Below, piece by piece: positions 1 through 12,280 of a DNA stretch of 64,000 bases. The notes under the pieces are model-generated. The model had not been told where the DNA came from. It made no database searches and was given only the letters and a program-made list of their open reading frames with translations. Location: the NCBI RefSeq assembly GCF_003704095.1, contig NW_020843503.1, forward strand, positions 62,001-126,000, written 5' to 3'. The position numbers and the translations under genes were made by a program. Source of the DNA: Pocillopora damicornis. Its lineage: Eukaryota. Numbering within the stretch: the stretch's first letter is position 1; each line of letters opens with the position of its first letter.

Positions 1-153
1 CAAAGATTCGAACAGCGAGAGTAACAAGTGATATTTTTCTTCCTTATTATCTTTTTCCGTGTGTTCTACTTTCACAAACAACCATGCACTAAATAAAGTC
101 CATAACAAGAGGCCGAGCGTTCGAAGAAACGCAGTTTTTAACGGCGTGCTCAT
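1..153 (-). CDS. K2P (two-pore-domain K+ channel) paralogue, copy 0; start of exon 1, runs off the left window edge
   Basis: Not in the ORF track. The reverse complement from ATG at 153 reads MSTPLKTAFLRTLGLLLWTLFSAWLFVKVEHTEKDNKEEKYHLLLSLFESL, which aligns without gaps to the M1/cap N-termini of the three complete K2P copies in this window. Confidence 0.9.
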   Translation of the reverse strand, partial: MSTPLKTAFLRTLGLLLWTLFSAWLFVKVEHTEKDNKEEKYHLLLSLFESL

Positions 154-2019
154 CGTCAATTCTTTATCTCTATATGAATACCTTTTCCTGTAAGAATAAA
201 GAAAAAGAGTGTACCATGCAATGTTTTGGTACCATGTTGATGCCGATGAAACTCAGCTGTCATCTCACGACTTCAGAATAATATGTCGTAGGAGGGAAAC
301 TGGATACCTTGGAGTCTTCGAAGACAGTTAGATTCAAGGAGTCAAAATTGATCGTGCTGGCACCTGCTGATTCACATCGTTATTATCAGGATAATACCAC
401 CTAAATTACGAATTTCGAAATAGTTAATCGAACATGACTTGCTATATAAGGTTCAGTGGTTGCAAGTTTGTATTAAACCTAACAATGCTTATTACGGAAA
501 TTTTGTCAATGCTTGTCGCATCTAGAGGTTGAAATACAAAACAAAAGAAGAAAAACAAAGGAAGAACACAGGCCGCTCTGTCAAATTTTAAATGAAGCAA
601 GCGGCGTTTTCTAAAAAATTTGAATATCTATGGATTAGCTCTTTTTAATTCAAACTAATTTTGAGAATTTTATATTTGCAATAGACCCTATATCGTAGTT
701 TAGCCCGTGTTAAGCTTTTGAGCTTCATTTATCGTTCCGTTTTCATTTCTTCGGCAATTTGAAACATTTTTCCCAGAATGTAGACGATGAAGACAGCAAT
801 GTAACGTTTTACGGGCTTTGAGCTCAGTAATAAATTGAAAAAAAAATTCAATGATTCAGCCAAAGTTTTATGATAGACTAAGTAATTAATACCTTCTCCT
901 TGCATTTGCTTTACATCTACAATCAGTTTTTCCTCGGAAAGAGATGTTAAGGAAGCAATTCCATTCTGCACGATTGCGTGGTATTCATTCGCTCCTCACC
1001 ATTTGAAGATTTATCCAACAAACTTTAATACTCAAAGGAACAAAACGCATATATTTATTTAGCTGAGAACGTCATAGTCGAGTATTACTAATGCAAATTT
1101 TCCTCGATGAAATTGGAGGCCTTGACAGATTATCACCCCAAAACACCAATATGAAAAGACTACTGAAATAATCTTGTGCAAGGCTACACTTCACTCTGTG
1201 GGAAAACACTTGACAAGAGATCTTATATGCTAATAGGGCGGCAATTTCATCTAAATGACTTTGTTTACTTCAAAGACTTATGATAATATATTGAGGAGAT
1301 TTTTAGACAAAATAGTCGCAATCAAGACGTTTTTACATCTCTCTTTCTGTAAGCTTTTTTCAACATAAAACTGTTGTTTTGGGAATGATAATGATGCTTT
1401 TAGGGAAAGGTGTTTAGAATTCACAAATAATTTTTCGTCATTATAAATAAATTTAATTTGTAGATTGATGTCTGTAGTCCGTCTCGCTTCAAAGTGTACC
1501 GCTGGCATTTAAGCAGCCGGAGAGAATCTGCGACGAAATGGACTTGAAATTACGCCTGAGGTTTCAATTTCCTTTAACGTTAAGTCGGCGGATTTTAAAC
1601 ACTGCGAGAGAGTGCGTCTGTTTTGTTTTTTAACTTTGACACTTTGTGTCTGGTCAGTTCTATTTAGAATTTAATTTAATTAATGAACGTACAAAAAATA
1701 GCACACTTTGCTTGCAAGGTCAACTGCATAAATGGCAATTTCTATTTCACTCAGGTTGGTCGGGGTCGATTGTAGAGGTGACATTACTGTCACCTTCCTG
1801 ACTCGTTTTGATGCCAAAGAGACCTCGTAATGTATTTGCATAATTGAAAATCAACTGCTGGTAAATGTCGAAGTGACTTCAACCCAGCTTTGCATCTGTC
1901 GATGGTGATTTGCTGTCATCAGCTGAGATGAATAGCAGTGCTGATGCCTCTTCCTATCCAGTGAAACACTCGTTAAAATTAGTTTGTTCTTATGATGTGT
2001 ATCAATTTGATTTACGACT

Positions 2020-2270
2020 ACTGACTTCTAGGGGAGTTAGCTGGTTAGTCAGTTGACCTATGAGCGAGTTAGCATATGTGTTAGTACACTGCAGGCCAGT
2101 TATGCGAGCAAGTTGACCCATATGAGAATTCGACCATGAGCAACTTTACTTTTGGGTGAGTCAACCCATTACACTAGTGATTCGAGTTGTGGGCGGGTTG
2201 ACCTGTTGTTGAATCGAGGTGTGGGCGAGTTGACCTGTTGCGAATTAGTTTGTGAGTAAGTGAACTCTTG
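2020..2270. repeat. Degenerate short-unit repeat (gggcgagttgacc-like units), probably a decayed MITE
   Basis: Several imperfect copies of (g)cgagttgacc/gttgacctgttg between 2050 and 2250, immediately downstream of the copy-1 stop codon. Confidence 0.5.
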
Positions 2271-2300
2271 CGCTGGTGAAAAATAGTTACTTCAGTTCAT

Positions 2301-4019
2301 TTACTCAGCCACTGATGTCATGTTATCTTTGTGAAATCCATAGTTATTCATGCTCAAGTAAGTCGCGTTGGCTTCGCCTTCCGTTGGAGTGTAATCGTCA
2401 ATGTTCCCTTGATGCTGCGTTTTTCGAGGGACACATCCGGGACACGGAGGTCGACACTTATATTCTTCGAGGGCCATCATAATGGAATTAAGAACACTCG
2501 AGACGACGCACAAGCCCAAAATTAAATAAAATGTGAGAAACAGGCCTTCAAAAATAGCAAAAGTGGTTCTTTCTCCGTCGCTTGGTTTATTGTCGTTGTC
2601 TTCGTGTGTAAAGTTATTTGGAGTTAATTGCCTGATCCTTTGTGGAATTTCTGGCACGTAGTCACCAAATCCGATTGTAGAAAATGTTATGAACCAGAAA
2701 TACGCACTCGTGACAAAAGACCAATTTAAAAAATATACTAGCAACAGGCTGCTTAACACTATCAACAATAACATCATCATAAACAGAATTAGAGCACTTT
2801 TTGCTTGCAACTTTTTGGGCTCAGGCCTCTTTAAGATTTTCCTCTCAAACTTTGTAACAAATGTGGCCACACCTTTGGCGATGAGTTCACCGACGGACTT
2901 AAATGCGAGCAAAGTGATGGGAATCCCCAGTAACGAGACGAAGATGCAAAGCAATTGACCTGTCTGTGTCTGGGGAGTGATGTATCCATAGCCTATATGA
3001 AACGGAAAAAAAGGAACAAATAGATCGGTGAAAAGATATTAAACGAATGGTTTGTACGCTTGACTTCAGACCATATGTCAATGATTATTGTGCTGTGTTA
3101 TTCTATAGTAACTCGTTCCTCCGGAGTATAAAACAGGAGAACTTGACCAATTACTAAGGGTACTGAAAGTTGTCTGCGATGGATTAACATCCCACCCATG
3201 AGTAGAAGCAGCACTCTCAGCGCCTTTAAAGCAGTTGTCAACTGAAATTTTGCTCATTATGCTCTGTGATTGGTCTAGAAAACTCGCATCAACCACTTGA
3301 TGGTCAGTTGCAAAAATAAACCCAATCGCGACTTGGTCACATGCGTTTCCCCGCGCTTCATGCAATTTGCTTGTTATAGCTTCGAGTTATCATCGTTATT
3401 TTTCCTTTTTTCTGATAAGCTGTCTAGTTTCACCCAATTGAAGTTTGCTTTGTGCCATGAGAAAATTAGGGCTAGGCTCACCCGACAGAGTGGAGTAGTG
3501 GGCCAGTAAGCGTGTGAGACTCAATTTACTTCGGGAAAAAATTGTAGGAAAACTTCATGTACCACCTTATAGAGGCGAATTCTACAACTTATTGTATACT
3601 TCTACAACTTATTGTATAGTGGGCCAGTAAGCGTGTGAGACTCAATTTACTTCGGGAAAAAATTGTAGGAAAACTTCATGTACCACCTTATAGAGGCGAA
3701 TTCTACAACTTATTGTATACTTCGGCTTACCAATGGTGGTCAAAGACTGAAAAACAAAAGCCATTGCATTGGAGTATGTCCATTGTATCTTGGGCTGGCT
3801 CAAAGCCTCGTATGCGGAATTGGAGATGTTATTAAACTCCTCTATGCTCATGTTGTATTTAGACGCGAGAAACTCGTACAGAGAGAGCAACAACTGATAT
3901 TTTTCTTCTTTTTCGTCTGCTTCCTTGTATTCGACCATAACAAACAACCAAGCACTGAGTGAGACCCAAAGTAAGAAGCCAAGAGTTCGAAGAAGCACTG
4001 CTTTTACTAGGAGGTTCAT
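2301..4019 (-). CDS. K2P/KCNK-family potassium channel, copy 1 (2 exons, ~326 aa)
   Basis: Exon 1 4019-3731 (MNLLVKAVLLR...QSLTTIG, donor GTAAG); exon 2 2992-2301 (acceptor ATAG). The phase-1 intron splits the P1 filter TTIG|YG; P2 is STIGFGD; four TM segments. An upstream in-frame ATG at 4076 is possible. Confidence 0.93.
3496..3723. repeat. Perfect 107-bp tandem duplication with a 14-bp templated insert at the junction
   Basis: 3496-3602 is identical to 3617-3723. The spacer 3603-3616 (tacaacttattgta) re-copies sequence from the end of the unit. Confidence 0.95.
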
Positions 4020-6670
4020 TGTAAGTCTTAACAACTGCAATAGCTGAAATGAAGAAGCATAAGTTTTGAGTACCATACAATATTTGATGAGCTGGAGTAA
4101 GTCCAGCCAAAATATTCAATTTAATTAAATGAGATTGAGTAATTAACCAGGTGTAAATTTGCAAAGTTTTACACCATTGTGACCCATTGTGGGTTTAGTG
4201 ACTGTTTACGTTTTATTAAGGTTCAGTTGCCATTTCCGTTGCACATCCTTGTTTGAGTTACTTTTGACTTCTAAGTTTTTATTGCGGCTGAAAAATTACG
4301 ACAGTTTTTTCATGGCATTTATAATTTTCCAGAGTGTTAATTAACTGTACTATGACTGACGTCCACTTCCAGACGCTCCTCGTTAAATTAACATTTTAGC
4401 GCACGCCAATGGAACCTGTCTCTTTCATTTTTTCCTTTTTTTCAAATATACTCAAATCGTTTTTAAGGGGATAAAATTTATACACCTTACATTTTTCCAT
4501 TCAATTCAGAATGTGCCAAAATTATAGAGGCTTTAGATTAGGCTTTCACTTGTTTTCATTTGTGTCCTCGATCAAAACTTTCAATTAAATGATATTTGAG
4601 TGAAATCCGGAGAGCTTGGGAGCTGCAGGCAGGAAATAAGCTGAGTATTAATAGCTACATGTGCGTAAATCCATCGGAAGAGCTTTCTCATGGCTGTAAT
4701 TTATTGAATACAGTTCACCGTTACCAGTGTTTGCATGGGATCGATTCGCAATGCAGGGGATATGTAGATTTATTGCCTTTGTAACTTAGTAGAATTAGAA
4801 CGGATCGGATCAATAGGGAATTCCAAAATTATACTTATGTAGAATTGTTTCATGCATAAAAAGTTTTCTTAAGCTGCTTTCACCTAAACACCATGGCTGG
4901 AGAGATACCGGCAGTTATCGGTCGAAGCTTCCCAAATTGGTTGAAGTTCCTTCTGAAGCTCACTTTCATAAACAAAGCTACTGAATGTCACTTGCATTCA
5001 TAATTTATCGACACTGATGGCTTTTTTAATCCAGAGCAGAATTCTGCGTTAGTTTTGAGTTTCAAAATCGAGTTATCTTGAAAATTTTGGGAAACAAAGT
5101 TGATAAGATACACTGCGTCTGAGAGATGCATAACGATCTTTGTCATATTTCAACCAGTGTGAACGCATTTCCACCCGATGAAGCTAGAAAGTTTATACTT
5201 CTTTCTTGACACTCACCTTTCCACAATTAAAAAACGTCGGAGTTTGTGCCCAAGTTAAACGCTTATAAGTCCCGTAACTGACTGATAAGATAGTGGCCTG
5301 CCATTAACAACGATAATAAAGGTTCATATAAGTTATGAGGTTGCCATCACATTATTATAGAAAAGTTTTCTCTAGGTTCAAAACGTGTGCAAATGACCTT
5401 GCACCAATGAACAGTAGGAAGAAACTTCACCTACAGTACGATGCACGAAAGAGATCTCGTTAGCAGAATTGCACAACAATGTCAAAACATTACCTTTAGG
5501 TTATTTCAGCCCTGCAGCTACTGTAATTTTGCATTTCAAAGGTAGCGTACATGTCAACAAAAACTACATGTTTTAGCAATTAGGTGGAAAACATTTATCT
5601 GCTCGCAGCTGCAATGTCCTTGAAAATTCAAGGATTGACTACTGATTTATGCTGGCAGAAGATCCTAGATCCAACAAGGAATATTTGAAATGTTTATGTT
5701 TGGCCATCGGTGAGATAAGTTGGACTCATGATTCGAAAATGAAGGATTATCGCGAGTAAATGTTTGCGCCAAATAAGTTAATGTTTTTGAAAACACTAGA
5801 AATTTTCATTAACAAACTTTAGAGGGGGCAACAGAATTTAATGTACTAATTTATGATATGTCTCGTCTGCACAGAAGAATCGAGAAAGCCTGATACATAT
5901 TTTATTTCTTTCAAAATCGTCCAAGATTATGTAACAACTTGATTGCTGAAGAACGCTAATAGTTGCTGTGATCAGGCTCATCAAAGACGTAATAGCTGTA
6001 ATTTTTAAAGTGGCGGGATTTTTAAGGAACTAAAGAACCATGCTTAACCATAGCGTAATTAACTTTGAATCATTTATTTTTAAATAAAAAAAGCCATTTC
6101 TGCTTTGAACCGCTTCAAGCAATGGAGATTTTTTCCAATCCAAAGCAAGCCTATAACGGATCTTATTGCGGCTGCTTTTTTAAGGAAAAAAGTTGTACTC
6201 TCCTTGCACTTATGTATGTTTATTTTCATCTTTAGGACATTTCCTCATCTAGTACAATACTTAACAATTGGTGTCTTGCTCGACAGAACTAATGATGTGA
6301 TACCATAGATAATCTCTACACTCTAAGTAGTTGTAAGTAGTAACACAGGCCTATTTTAGCTGGGAGTAGGAAAACGTGTGTGCTCGGCACTCATGTTTCA
6401 AACTTACACCAAACGTTCTAAATACGCATTTTACGGAGCAATATGCTCCAGAACTGTTTATATCTGCTATTAGAAGGTTTACCACCTAAAGCAGCTAAAC
6501 AAGTCTTCATTTATTACCATAAGATTAGTTTGGTAGTTTAATTTGTAAATTAGGCAATGGTTGTGTAGGGGTTGGTACACAAATTGTTACTTCAATTCAA
6601 ACTTTGCCGAAAACGGCATGACTACTATACATAAAACTTGAATACTTAGACTTCTCCTTTAGATTATGCG

Positions 6671-8204
6671 TCAGTTAAGTTCGGTTTCCGAGAAACATAC
6701 GAAGTTAGTTTTCTTTTGAAAATCATGAGTTCCAAAGGATGAAAACACCGTGTTATTTTCACGCCTCTCAGTAGATTCGCTTTGTTCCTTCTCTGCGTGG
6801 TCCTGGGTCTTTGGAGAGATACATCCGGAACACGGAGGGTGGCATCTCCGTTTTTCCATGACAGCCATGATAGAATTGATTACACTGGAGACGATGCATA
6901 ACGCTAATAAAGCAGGGAACAAACCGACAAGAACGGTAATAATTTTACTTGTGCTTCTCCTACTGTCTTCATTTACAGAGATGTTCAGAGAGAGCTGTGT
7001 AAACTTTCGGGGCTCCCGTAAAACGTAGTCTCCAAATCCGATTGTGGTAAATGTCACAAACCAGAAATAAACACTTTCAACGATAGACCAATTGCGGAGA
7101 GGCATCGATAAAAAACCGGCTGTAAGAATCGAAATTACCATGATCGAGAACAGGACCATCGCAGTCTTGATCTGCATATGCTTTGGTTGCAGCGTCTTGA
7201 GGAACTTCTTTTCAAACTTTGTGATGATTGTGTTCACCCATTTAGCAATGAGCTCGCCCATGGATTTTAACATGAGCAAAGTAATGGGAATTCCAAGTAA
7301 AGAGATGAAAATGCACATCACTTGGCCTGATGGTGTTTGCGGAGTGATGTTACCATAACCTGTAGAAAAAAGTGTAAAGATCTTATGCACATTGCTATCT
7401 TTTTACCATTATCTCTATAACTATTTTCATTTTCCGGAACCTTTTATATTGCATCCCAAGAGTTTGAATTTGGTCATTGTGGTACAGATGCTTGTTTATC
7501 AATTAAAGAAAGATCATTGTTATATGTTTGTTCGGCGCTTCAAATATATCATTTTAATTTTTCCTGTAGTTTCTTATTCTTTTGATCATAAACATAACGT
7601 CAGAATCGTTTTGCTATGTTTTCTTTTGGTGATAGTTTTTTCTTCTGCAATCTTTCGTTCAACAAACGCCCATGTATATTTTCTTATGAGCGGTGGTTTA
7701 AAAAAACTCGGTATTGAGCCATCACCGCTGATTCGAAAGGATTGTAATCAACAATCTAGTTTCTGTTTGTTTGTTTACTTTTTTAACGAAGCATTTATTT
7801 CTATAACACTGATCAAAGCTGAGAAAAATATTGCTGAAATAATTTCACGTTTTGAATCATTTCAGTTGAGATCGGTAGTCTACTGGGTGTACGGTATCAC
7901 TTTCCTCACCGATCGTAGTCCAGGCGTGGAATATGAACCGTATTGCGTCCAGATAGATCCATTGCGGTTTAGGCTCGCTCAAGGCCTCGTGTGCTGTTCT
8001 CGAAATATTGTTGAACTCTTCAATGCTCATATTGTATTTAGACTCCAGCGACTCATAAAGCGATAACAATAACTTGTATTTTTCCTCTTTGTCATCCTTT
8101 TCCTTGTACTCAACTGCAACAAACAGCAGAGCACTAATCGAGCCGAGCAACCAGAAGACTAGACAACGAAGAAGTGCTGTTTTTAATAGCGGGTCAAAAC
8201 TCAT
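6671..8204 (-). CDS. K2P/KCNK-family potassium channel, copy 2 (2 exons, ~327 aa)
   Basis: Exon 1 8204-7910 (MSFDPLLKTALLR...AWTTIG, donor GTGAG); exon 2 7359-6671 (acceptor TACAG, GYGNITPQT...TTIGFGD). Same intron position and phase as copy 1. Confidence 0.93.
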
Positions 8205-9267
8205 CTTTTTCACTTTCTTCACCTTCTTTGAGGCGATTGACTGTAGAAAGAAAGTAACAAACACATTATGAACTATGATTTGACTTTTTCGGCATGTGGT
8301 CCGGAATACAAATCATTTAGATCTCCTATTAAACTGGTGATTACCCAATCATTAGTTTGACCAAGTAGGCTGTCGATCATCTTGCGTTCAATCGCGTGTG
8401 GAGCTTAAATTTTTAAATTGGTCTCCAACCTCTTTAAAGCCTCCAAACAGTTTTAATCATCTTTTCAATTACTTACAAATAAGCTTTGGATTGTTTTAGT
8501 TTGAATTCGTGTTTACCCTCGTACAGTGAAAAGAAAGAGGAGTATTGAGCTGACTCCAGAAACTCTCTCGTTCTCACTGTTTGTAAATTCGGTCAAACTC
8601 ATTCAGTTTCCATGCTATTGTTGTTACCTTTCAAAACCATCCTTGACTACCTAGGTATAGACTTAGCCACATACCTCGGTATAGTTAAACTACGGTCCAT
8701 TTAAACTAAGTCATTAAATCGGTTGGCTCGGACTGCCTGCAAATATACATATATGTTTCGGGGCTCCGTTTGTATTGAATCATTGGGAATCTCAGCGGGC
8801 ATCCAGTTTCTTGTGAGCATAATGAATAATGATTAGGTAAAAATTGCCTTTTGCGGGTCGTTGCTATCATTTTTTTGTGCGTCGATAACGTTTCTATTAC
8901 CGGGTGTTTAGATGAATGAGATCACTAATTTAAAAATAGTTTACTTTAATGAAGAAAGGAGTGACAGTTAAGAGTCTAAAGAAACGAGAAAGAATATTTA
9001 AAATCGACAAGAATGACCAAAAAGTTGTGTATTGCATTGAATCATTTTCAATTTGTGAACAAAATCAATGTTTCCACTTCGAAACGACAGGGAAGGCCAA
9101 GGTACAAAACCAAGAGAATATCAACTGTTGAGATCTTGACAAAACTTAAGAGCCAATGTTAGCACTGATGTATCAGACAAACTGCGGCAATTCACTCAAA
9201 GTTCGATTTCACTCCTACTTTCATATTTTGTAGCCCAATATGTCCTAATAATTGTGTTGTAGTTTTT

Positions 9268-9367
9268 NNNNNNNNNNNNNNNNNNNNNNNNNNNNNNNNN
9301 NNNNNNNNNNNNNNNNNNNNNNNNNNNNNNNNNNNNNNNNNNNNNNNNNNNNNNNNNNNNNNNNNNN
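9268..9367. other. Assembly gap (100 N)
   Basis: Run of exactly 100 N, a placeholder of unknown true size. Confidence 0.99.
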
Positions 9368-9972
9368 TTGTCGCGAAACTCGTGGATTTTAAAACTTTGA
9401 AATGACGTACGATGAATCCTGAAACTGGAGTTTGAGTCTATTAGCAAACTATGCCAGCTTGTCTCATGAGCACATCAAGCGCTGACGAGATTTGACAGTT
9501 TTGAAATTTTAAGCGGATGCAAAAATCGAGACTAAAAATTCGTCATGACACAATTTGTCCTTTAATTTTGTCAAGAGAATTCTGGGTTTTTCTTCTATTG
9601 CAGACAGCCCAGATAGGCACTTACGAATCCATTTTTGGTTGAATAATAGCCCTCACTCTCGAGAAATTGTAACTATATTACCCATGTGATCCGACTGCAA
9701 CTTTAATTCCGAAAACTTTGAAAATATCTCCAGTCAGTCTGGCTTTCTTTCATTGCCTTACATTTTCCCTTGTGCTGTGGCTGTTAACAAGTACTTTCAC
9801 CGCATTTCCAATGTTTCTTAAAGTGTTCGGATGTTTAGAACATACCAATAACTGTTATATTTTTTTTCCATAACGTGGTCAAAATGACCGGAACGAAACA
9901 AAATTAACTTGTCATCGAGGAGTTCGCTGGATAGCTGGTAGTACTTCAAATGACTCGATACGTCGTCCCGGG

Positions 9973-10578
9973 TGATTTGGACCCCCAACAAAACTGAGTG
10001 AAAGCATCATCCTTAACGTTCTCGAAGAAATTGATAATACTTTACGTTTACGCTTTCTCAAGTGTTGGGACAACATGGTACAGTGCGAGTTTGTTATTTC
10101 AGATCCCTCAACAGTAAATAATCGTTAAAATTCGGAAATAAGATTGAGATCGATGAGATCTCCACTTTTGTTAAGACGTAGACATTAATGTTGATTTGCA
10201 TCTGAAAATAAGCTGGGAGTTCCAATAGTTCAGAATAAAAACATTTTTTCTAATCATAAGCTTTACGAACGACTTGTAGTAGGAGTTGTTACTTCGTTCG
10301 TGTTCAGAAACTGTGTAATGTTATTTAATTAGAAAATCAGACTGAGTTATTTTTGTGACTGGACACAATAGTCTCCACTATTGTTACGACGTTTCGTATC
10401 AATGTTGATTCGCATTAGAAGAAGCAAATATTTATTGTTACAATTTCAATCGTTCGAATGCAGTGGTTTATTCGCATCTAGTTCTTGCGTATACTGTACG
10501 ACTCGCCATAATAAATGCGGCAGGATTGAAACGAAATGGCTGTTTTTCTTTACCTTTATTGAGGAATGTTGTGTTGTG
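9973..10578. mobile_element. Second, inverted and internally deleted copy of the 10737-11777 element (cut by gap)
   Basis: 10064-10578 is the reverse complement of ~10881-11398 with scattered mismatches; 9973-10049 matches the reverse complement of ~11627-11710. Confidence 0.85.
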
Positions 10579-10678
10579 NNNNNNNNNNNNNNNNNNNNNN
10601 NNNNNNNNNNNNNNNNNNNNNNNNNNNNNNNNNNNNNNNNNNNNNNNNNNNNNNNNNNNNNNNNNNNNNNNNNNNNNN
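10579..10678. other. Assembly gap (100 N)
   Basis: Run of exactly 100 N. Confidence 0.99.
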
Positions 10679-10736
10679 TTCAGGAATTAATGCATTCAGA
10701 AAACTAAAATGTCCAGATCCGTCGATGACTCCTTTA

Positions 10737-11777
10737 CCGGTTCAAATCCGCTGGCGGATATGGACCCTCCTTCGCAGATTTGGAACCCCCTCCCTACCAA
10801 ACTTTCCTTTTAAGCATCGTTTGTATCATATTTGGTAACTAATTCTATTTGCAAGCTTTTTGTCGATGTTCTTTTCAATCACAACACAACATTCCTCAAT
10901 AAAGGTAAAGAAAAACCAGCCATTTCGTTCCAATTCTACCGCATTTATAATAGCGAGTCGTGCAGTATACGCAAGAATTAGATGCGAACAAACTACTGTA
11001 TTCGAACTATTGAAATTGAAACAATAAATCTTTGCTTCTTCTGATGCGAATCAACATTAATACGAAACGTCATAACAGTAATGGAGACTATTGCGTCCAG
11101 TCACAAAAATACCTGAGACTGATTTTCTAATTAAATAACATTAAACAGTTTCTGAACTTGAACGAAGTAACTACTCCTACTACAGGTCGTTCGTAAAGCC
11201 TATGATAAGTAAAAGTGTTTCTTCTCTAAACTGTTGGAACTCTCAGCTAATTTTCAGATGCAAATTAACATTAATGTTTACGTCTTAACAAAAGTAGAGA
11301 CTATTACATCGAACTCAATCTTATTTTCTAATTTTAACGATCATCAACTGTTGAGGGATCTGAAATAACAAACTCGCACTGTACCATGTCGTCCCAACAC
11401 TCTGGCATTGAACATTAACAAAATAAATTAGTGTCACAAGTTTGTCTCTTACTGAATCTAGCATTGTTCGACTATCGCGGAAAAGGTTCAAAAACGACCT
11501 CTCTCCAAACATTGAACTAAATGCTTGCGCATTTTCTCTTGGTCAAAAGAAACGCCCGACGGGTTATTTCGAGCTGCCAGTTCGTATGCATTGGCGATAC
11601 GCATGTTTTGAATTAAAAACATACTGAAACGTAAAGTACTATCTGCGATCTATTTCTAAGAGAATGTTAAGGATGATGTTTGCACTCAATTCTGTTGGGG
11701 GGTCAAAATCGGGGAAGGGGGGGGTCCATATCCGCTAGCGGATTTGGACCGGGGGTTCCATTTCCGCCAGGACACCG
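10737..11777. mobile_element. Non-autonomous TIR element (MITE-like), ~1 kb
   Basis: Left end ccggttcaaatccgctggcggatatggaccc...gatttggaaccccc is the inverted match of the right end gggggtcaaaatc...gggtccatatccgctagcggatttggaccgg. The AT-rich interior is non-coding. Confidence 0.8.
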
Positions 11778-11877
11778 GCGGAAATCAAAGAATGGTTATA
11801 AAAGTCAATTTGATTGACAAGCTACATACTGATCATGATTTAGCTAATTGATCAGTTGTATAAGCGTCTCACCTTAC

Positions 11878-12280
11878 ATGCTAGCATGGAGATTTGCTGT
11901 TCATTTAAATCGTTCGCTAGTGGAACTGGTGGGTTTAGTTATCGAGAAGACCGAAGTTGCATACCTCAAGTCGTTCCCTTGCATAGTTGTAAAAAAGACA
12001 TTTCAAGTCACTTGCGGAGTTGCAAGTTTTCAGCCCCAGAAAATGAAGTTGATCTTATTTTGTCGCGTGCCGGCATCTTCGAGACGCTAACAGATATCGA
12101 TGATTTAACAATGTTGGGTGGAGTCGTGGTTCCAATAGTAGATGTTGGGTTTCTAAAGAGGTGTCTGGCCATTGCAAAGGTAGGGTTAAGTCGATTCCAA
12201 ACGCAGATAGGGGAATTAACAAGCGAGTATCACAGAGAGTACACAAGATGTCTGGAAAATTCATACAGCCTGCCTCCAAT
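11878..12280 (+). pseudogene. Frameshifted remnant resembling the Cys/His-rich N-terminus of a cnidarian DNA-transposon protein
   Basis: [10 protein letters not shown]...[15 protein letters not shown]...[14 protein letters not shown], continuing in another frame as [11 protein letters not shown]...SGH...ADRGINK. It lies between the TIR pair. No DDE core is visible. Confidence 0.45.

Noticed and set aside
2020-3723. CRISPR-like arrays
   Set aside because: Eukaryotic context, no constant repeat with unique spacers, no cas genes; these are a degenerate repeat and a simple duplication.
7392-8066. 224-aa plus-strand ORF
   Set aside because: Antisense to the intron and exon 1 of K2P copy 2, non-ATG start, Phe/Ile-rich composition typical of AT-rich non-coding DNA.
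9196-10838. ORFs containing X runs
   Set aside because: Artefacts of translating through the N gaps and MITE sequence.
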